A DNA stretch of 64,000 bases, taken from contig NC_045696.1 in assembly GCF_009834535.1 (NCBI RefSeq), positions 47,866,001 to 47,930,000 of the forward strand. Reading direction: 5' to 3'. The stretch is from Camelus ferus. Its lineage: Eukaryota. Made by a program: the position numbers and the translations under genes. The notes under the pieces were generated by a model, which did not search any database, was not told where the DNA came from, and saw nothing but the letters and a program-made list of their open reading frames with translations. Shown here piece after piece: positions 59,961-64,000 of the stretch (within the stretch, counting starts at the first letter, position 1; each line of letters begins with the position of its first letter).

Positions 59961-61606
59961 GTAACCAAAACATATGCAGAAAAGAGCAGATTCATTGCAG
60001 CTTTGCCTTTGTTTTTTCAATTTTAATGACTACACAGTACTGATACTGTATTTAAAGCTTTCTTTTAATAAAAATTGTAATTGTTATTTTCACATACGAA
60101 AAATTTAAATAATATAAAAGGATGTTTAGGGAAAAGTGTGCCATTCTCAAACTCAGATGTCTATTCTATGATTTGTTCTTAGAGGCAACCAGGATATACC
60201 AATTTTTAATGTGCCCTTTAGAGATATTCTGAAGCACATTTGAAATAGCAAAAAGTAAGAAATCAGAATATTCCTCAGTATGCAAAATGTCTGTGGAATA
60301 GGCACCCTTTGGATACTATACAGCAATTCTAGAAAGCAAGTTGCAAAACGATGTGTTCATTGTGATATCGTCCATCTAAACACACATAATGTTACATAGA
60401 AATATGTATATGCAAATACATATGTATATATATAATTTCATGTTTATTTTCAGTATCTAATGATGAAGAATTAGGTGCTTTTATTGTGTTATTTCCACAC
60501 TCTAACTAATCTCTTAAGTATTTATAGCTCAATGGTATTAACTGTATACTTAATGCATAAATGTATTTTCTTGTCTGCTAACTTGAGGGAGTTGCTCGGA
60601 AAAGTAATTTACGCATTGAGAAAGGATTGCGAATAGGTCTGCATGAGTCAGTTCTCATAACCGGAGACACGGACACATCACTTGGAATTCTGTAACTGTC
60701 TTTGGCAGAGTGGCTATGGGTGCTCTGTAGTTTTACTGGATTCCAGTTCACTAGCAGAAACAGGTGAATGCTTTAGGTATGATGAGAAAATTTATTTCCT
60801 TGGATATCCGTGACTGTAACGTTCATCCTTGATTTATTCATCACTATTTTTCCTTATACACTAAGCATACATATTAATTGTAAGATACACTTGGGTTTCA
60901 CAAATGATCAAATGTGAAAAAAGTCTTAAATGCAAGTATCTATGATGTTTAAAAGGCATTTCTGTTTACTTTGATAAGGAGAAATGATGAAAGAGGGCAG
61001 CTTGTTATACCGTGAAATCTCATAGATTTTTCCATTTATCACGGTTACTGATTTCCAATGCTGTATTTTTATTTTTCAGTCCCTTTTTAGTGGAAGAGTG
61101 TGTTGTTTGCATTGCTTTTCTTTTGCCTATAACTGATCACCCGGCTTCAATTTCCTTTAGGGCTTTTTTAACATAAAAACCTATTCACTACTATACCACA
61201 GACTTATTCAGATTTCTTTTCTTTTTTTCTTTCCTTTTTTTTTTTTTTTGGTTGTGGGGGAAGAGAACTCACTTGGGGCCAGATGTTTTAAAAATCAGAA
61301 ATCATCTGATCTGAAATCAGATAACATAATACTTATGCCACACTATATGACACACCCAAGGGGGCTGCGATGGTACAAGCTTATCACATTGCACCAGCAA
61401 AATAGATTTATATATTATATTTACATAATAAATTATAAAGACTATATTTAGCCTCATATAGGTTTAGGGCATGTCTTACTGCCAATGAACTTGTGCCAAA
61501 TTTAGAAAATATATTTTATTGCATTGCAGGTATGGGATTATATGACTGTAATATCTATACACATATGTGTTTGCATACACACATACACATACCCCCATAT
61601 ATAGTT

Positions 61607-61714
61607 TTTTTTTTAACATTTTTTATTGATTTATAATCATTTTACAATGTTGTGTCAAATTCCAGTGTAGAGCACAATTTTTCAGTTATACATGAACATA
61701 TACATATTCATTGT
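61607..61714 (-). mobile_element. Very short 5'-truncated L1 3' end with 12-bp TSD
   Basis: Poly-T followed by tttttattgatttataatcattttacaatgttgtgtcaaattccagtgtag; TSD ccatatatagtt at 61595-61606 and 61715-61726. Confidence 0.85.
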
Positions 61715-63339
61715 CCATATATAGTTCTTATATCAATCCAAAGATGTTAGGGTTAGTAGCTTCATTATTTAATAAACATTTAGATTTAACGTCCATCTTC
61801 ATTTACATACTTTACTTGGCTGTGTAAAGGGTGTTTTTTTGTGTTTTTTTTTTTCCCTCCTGTCAAGGTACAGGTGTGGAAACCTCTGTAATTTGAAGAA
61901 ATAATTATGTTTTCTTTTTCTAAGCAATGTTACTGTGTCAGTAGGGAATGGAAACGACCATTAGGGACATTCCAAAAGCATAGGCTTTATAAATAAGAGT
62001 CCAGTTTGAATCCCAGCCTGCATCGTTAGTTGGCACATAATGAAATATCAACAGGAGCTCATGTAAGTCCAACTTGGATTCATGTAGCTCACCAATTGTT
62101 AGAGGCTGTTTAGTGGTTAACTTTGGGGAGGAGGAAAGGAGTAGTGACAGTAAGGGCAAAGGGAGGCCCTTAGATGTTAATATTTTATTTCTTGATTTTG
62201 GTGGTGGTTACACGACTGTTTATCTTGTGGTAATTCATCAGGCTGTACAATTATGATGCCTGAATCTTCCTGCATGTACTGCTTCAGGAAGTATATTTAA
62301 ATGTTTATTAGTTAAAAAGAAAAAAGAAAAAGGATCCTAAAAAGTAGTGAGAGACTTCTATAATCCACAAACCCAGAGGGGAAAATATTTTATAAAACCC
62401 ATGCCTAAAATAAAAAACATTGAATAATATCACAGTTATTATTAAAACTAGGTAGAAAATACAAAATTTTAGTGATTATCCACAAGTTGATGTACATCTA
62501 GGCAGTAGTTAGTAAATGCTGTTTAGAGGTCAATGTGTAGATTGAATAAAACTCTTTGATTAGGAGATTTTTCCTGCTACCTCTGGAGTTCTGAGATGTC
62601 ACTCACCAATCTTTAGGAATGATTATCATGAAATAGTAACCACAACAGTGTAAATGGTTTAGTATTTTTATTACACAAGCATTTAAAAGATAACTCAGAA
62701 GAAAATTTGCAAGCATCACGTATTTTTTTTTTACTCTGAAGACTAGTGTTTTACGAAAGACAGTTTGGGAAATGTTGGCTTAGATTTTAACCTTATGGGT
62801 AATGGGAAGCTATTTAGTATTTTAAGAGTGGGAATGACAGTCTCCTTTTCAGCAGTGGATTTGTCTACTAAAAGTAGAGAAATAACAGGCATGGATGGTT
62901 TCAGTAGTTAAGGCAAGAGATGATGAGAACCTTAATTCTGTTGATTAGCAGGGTCGGTTGAGAAGAGAGAACTGATGGAAGAAATTTCAAGGTGGTGAAG
63001 TGGACAGGCAAGGCAGCGGACACTGTGATGCAGGCCCGGATGCCTCCTGAGTGATGTTCCCTTGCTCCAGTTGCTGGGAGTGCCATTGGCAGACAGCCGG
63101 CAGCTGCCAGCCCCTCCAGGGACAGTCTCAGCAGCAGAGGGACCTTGACCACATGCAGCAGCTGACGAGGAGCAGTCTCAGCGTCGTGAATGTGCACCCT
63201 GTGCAGCCACGCAGAAGGGGCTAGGGCTTGGCTTCATGTTCTGCTGTTGTCCCTCTTGGAAATCTTAATTTTTAAATAGAGCCTTGCATTTTCAGTTTGC
63301 CCTGGACTCTGCAGATCATGTAGCTGGTATTGATGATGG

Positions 63340-63593
63340 TGTATACAGGCTTTGCCGTCTAAGCCCGTTCAAGGCAACTCTCAGAAGTCCCCTCTATCTT
63401 TCAAGCTCCTGATGGAGCCAGCTCAGGCAGTTGTTAGGGCTACAGTAGAGCTTGACATTCACATCTTCTCCTGCTTAATCCTGGTGGGTTTCCCTTTCTT
63501 CTACAGGTGTTGGTCCCAGGGTCACTCCTTCATAAACTTCTGACCCACTAACCTCCACCTTAGGGTCTGCCTCCTGGTGAACTCAGTCTGCAA
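63340..63593 (+). mobile_element. LTR16-like ERVL LTR fragment
   Basis: acaggtgttggtcccagggtcactccttcataaacttc...ctccaccttagggtctgcctcctgg. Confidence 0.6.
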
Positions 63594-63599
63594 CTGGGG

Positions 63600-64000
63600 C
63601 ATTTTGAATGTGGGAGCCGAAGGGTGAGAGAGGAGTCAAGGACAACTCTGAGCTTGTTGGCCTTGACTTAGTAGATGGTGATGCCACGTATTCACAGAGA
63701 AGGGCACTCAAAAGAGGAGGAGCAGTTTGAAGAGGGAACGACAAATAAGGAGGCGTTGTCATATGAAGAGTTTAAGATTTCAGTTTTGTACTTTTAATTT
63801 TGATGTGACTGAAGGCCACCCAGGAGGAGATGACTAGTTGTGAGATGTTAACCTGCACAGAGGTTTGGATTGGGGTCATGGGCTGATTGCAAGGAGTGAA
63901 TGTCATTGCCCAAGAATAGTGTATAGACAGAGGGCTACAAGGAGACAACCACTAAGAGCTGAGCAAACATCCTGCAGAAGGGAGGAGAGAGAGCCACCTG
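63600..64000. mobile_element. L2 fragment
   Basis: gagaggagtcaaggacaact...gatggtgatgcca...ttcagttttg...aggtttggattggggtc. Confidence 0.6.

Noticed and set aside
36000..64000. A third DPPA-family paralogue or another coding gene
   Set aside because: No SAP-like or [13 protein letters not shown] exon and no consistent exon chain were seen. Non-coding exons cannot be excluded.

Overview
This is mammalian genomic DNA, most likely camelid, judged from about 13 copies of a short tRNA-derived SINE resembling Vic-1. It holds the tandem pluripotency paralogues DPPA2 (minus strand, 7 coding exons, 11984->2437, 317 aa) and DPPA4 (minus strand, 7 coding exons, 32735->24501, 308 aa). I reconstructed both by hand from GT-AG splice sites; both reading frames are intact and intron phases are identical. 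The rest is repeat-rich intergenic and intronic DNA: L1, L2, MIR, hAT/Tigger MITEs, an ancient ERVL LTR plus internal remnant between the genes, and a cluster of solo LTRs 7-25 kb upstream of DPPA4. I found no convincing novel biological system. The findings are gene-structure peculiarities, candidate regulatory motifs and retroelement architectures. Repeat family names come from recalled consensus similarity, and repeat boundaries are approximate unless a TSD is quoted.
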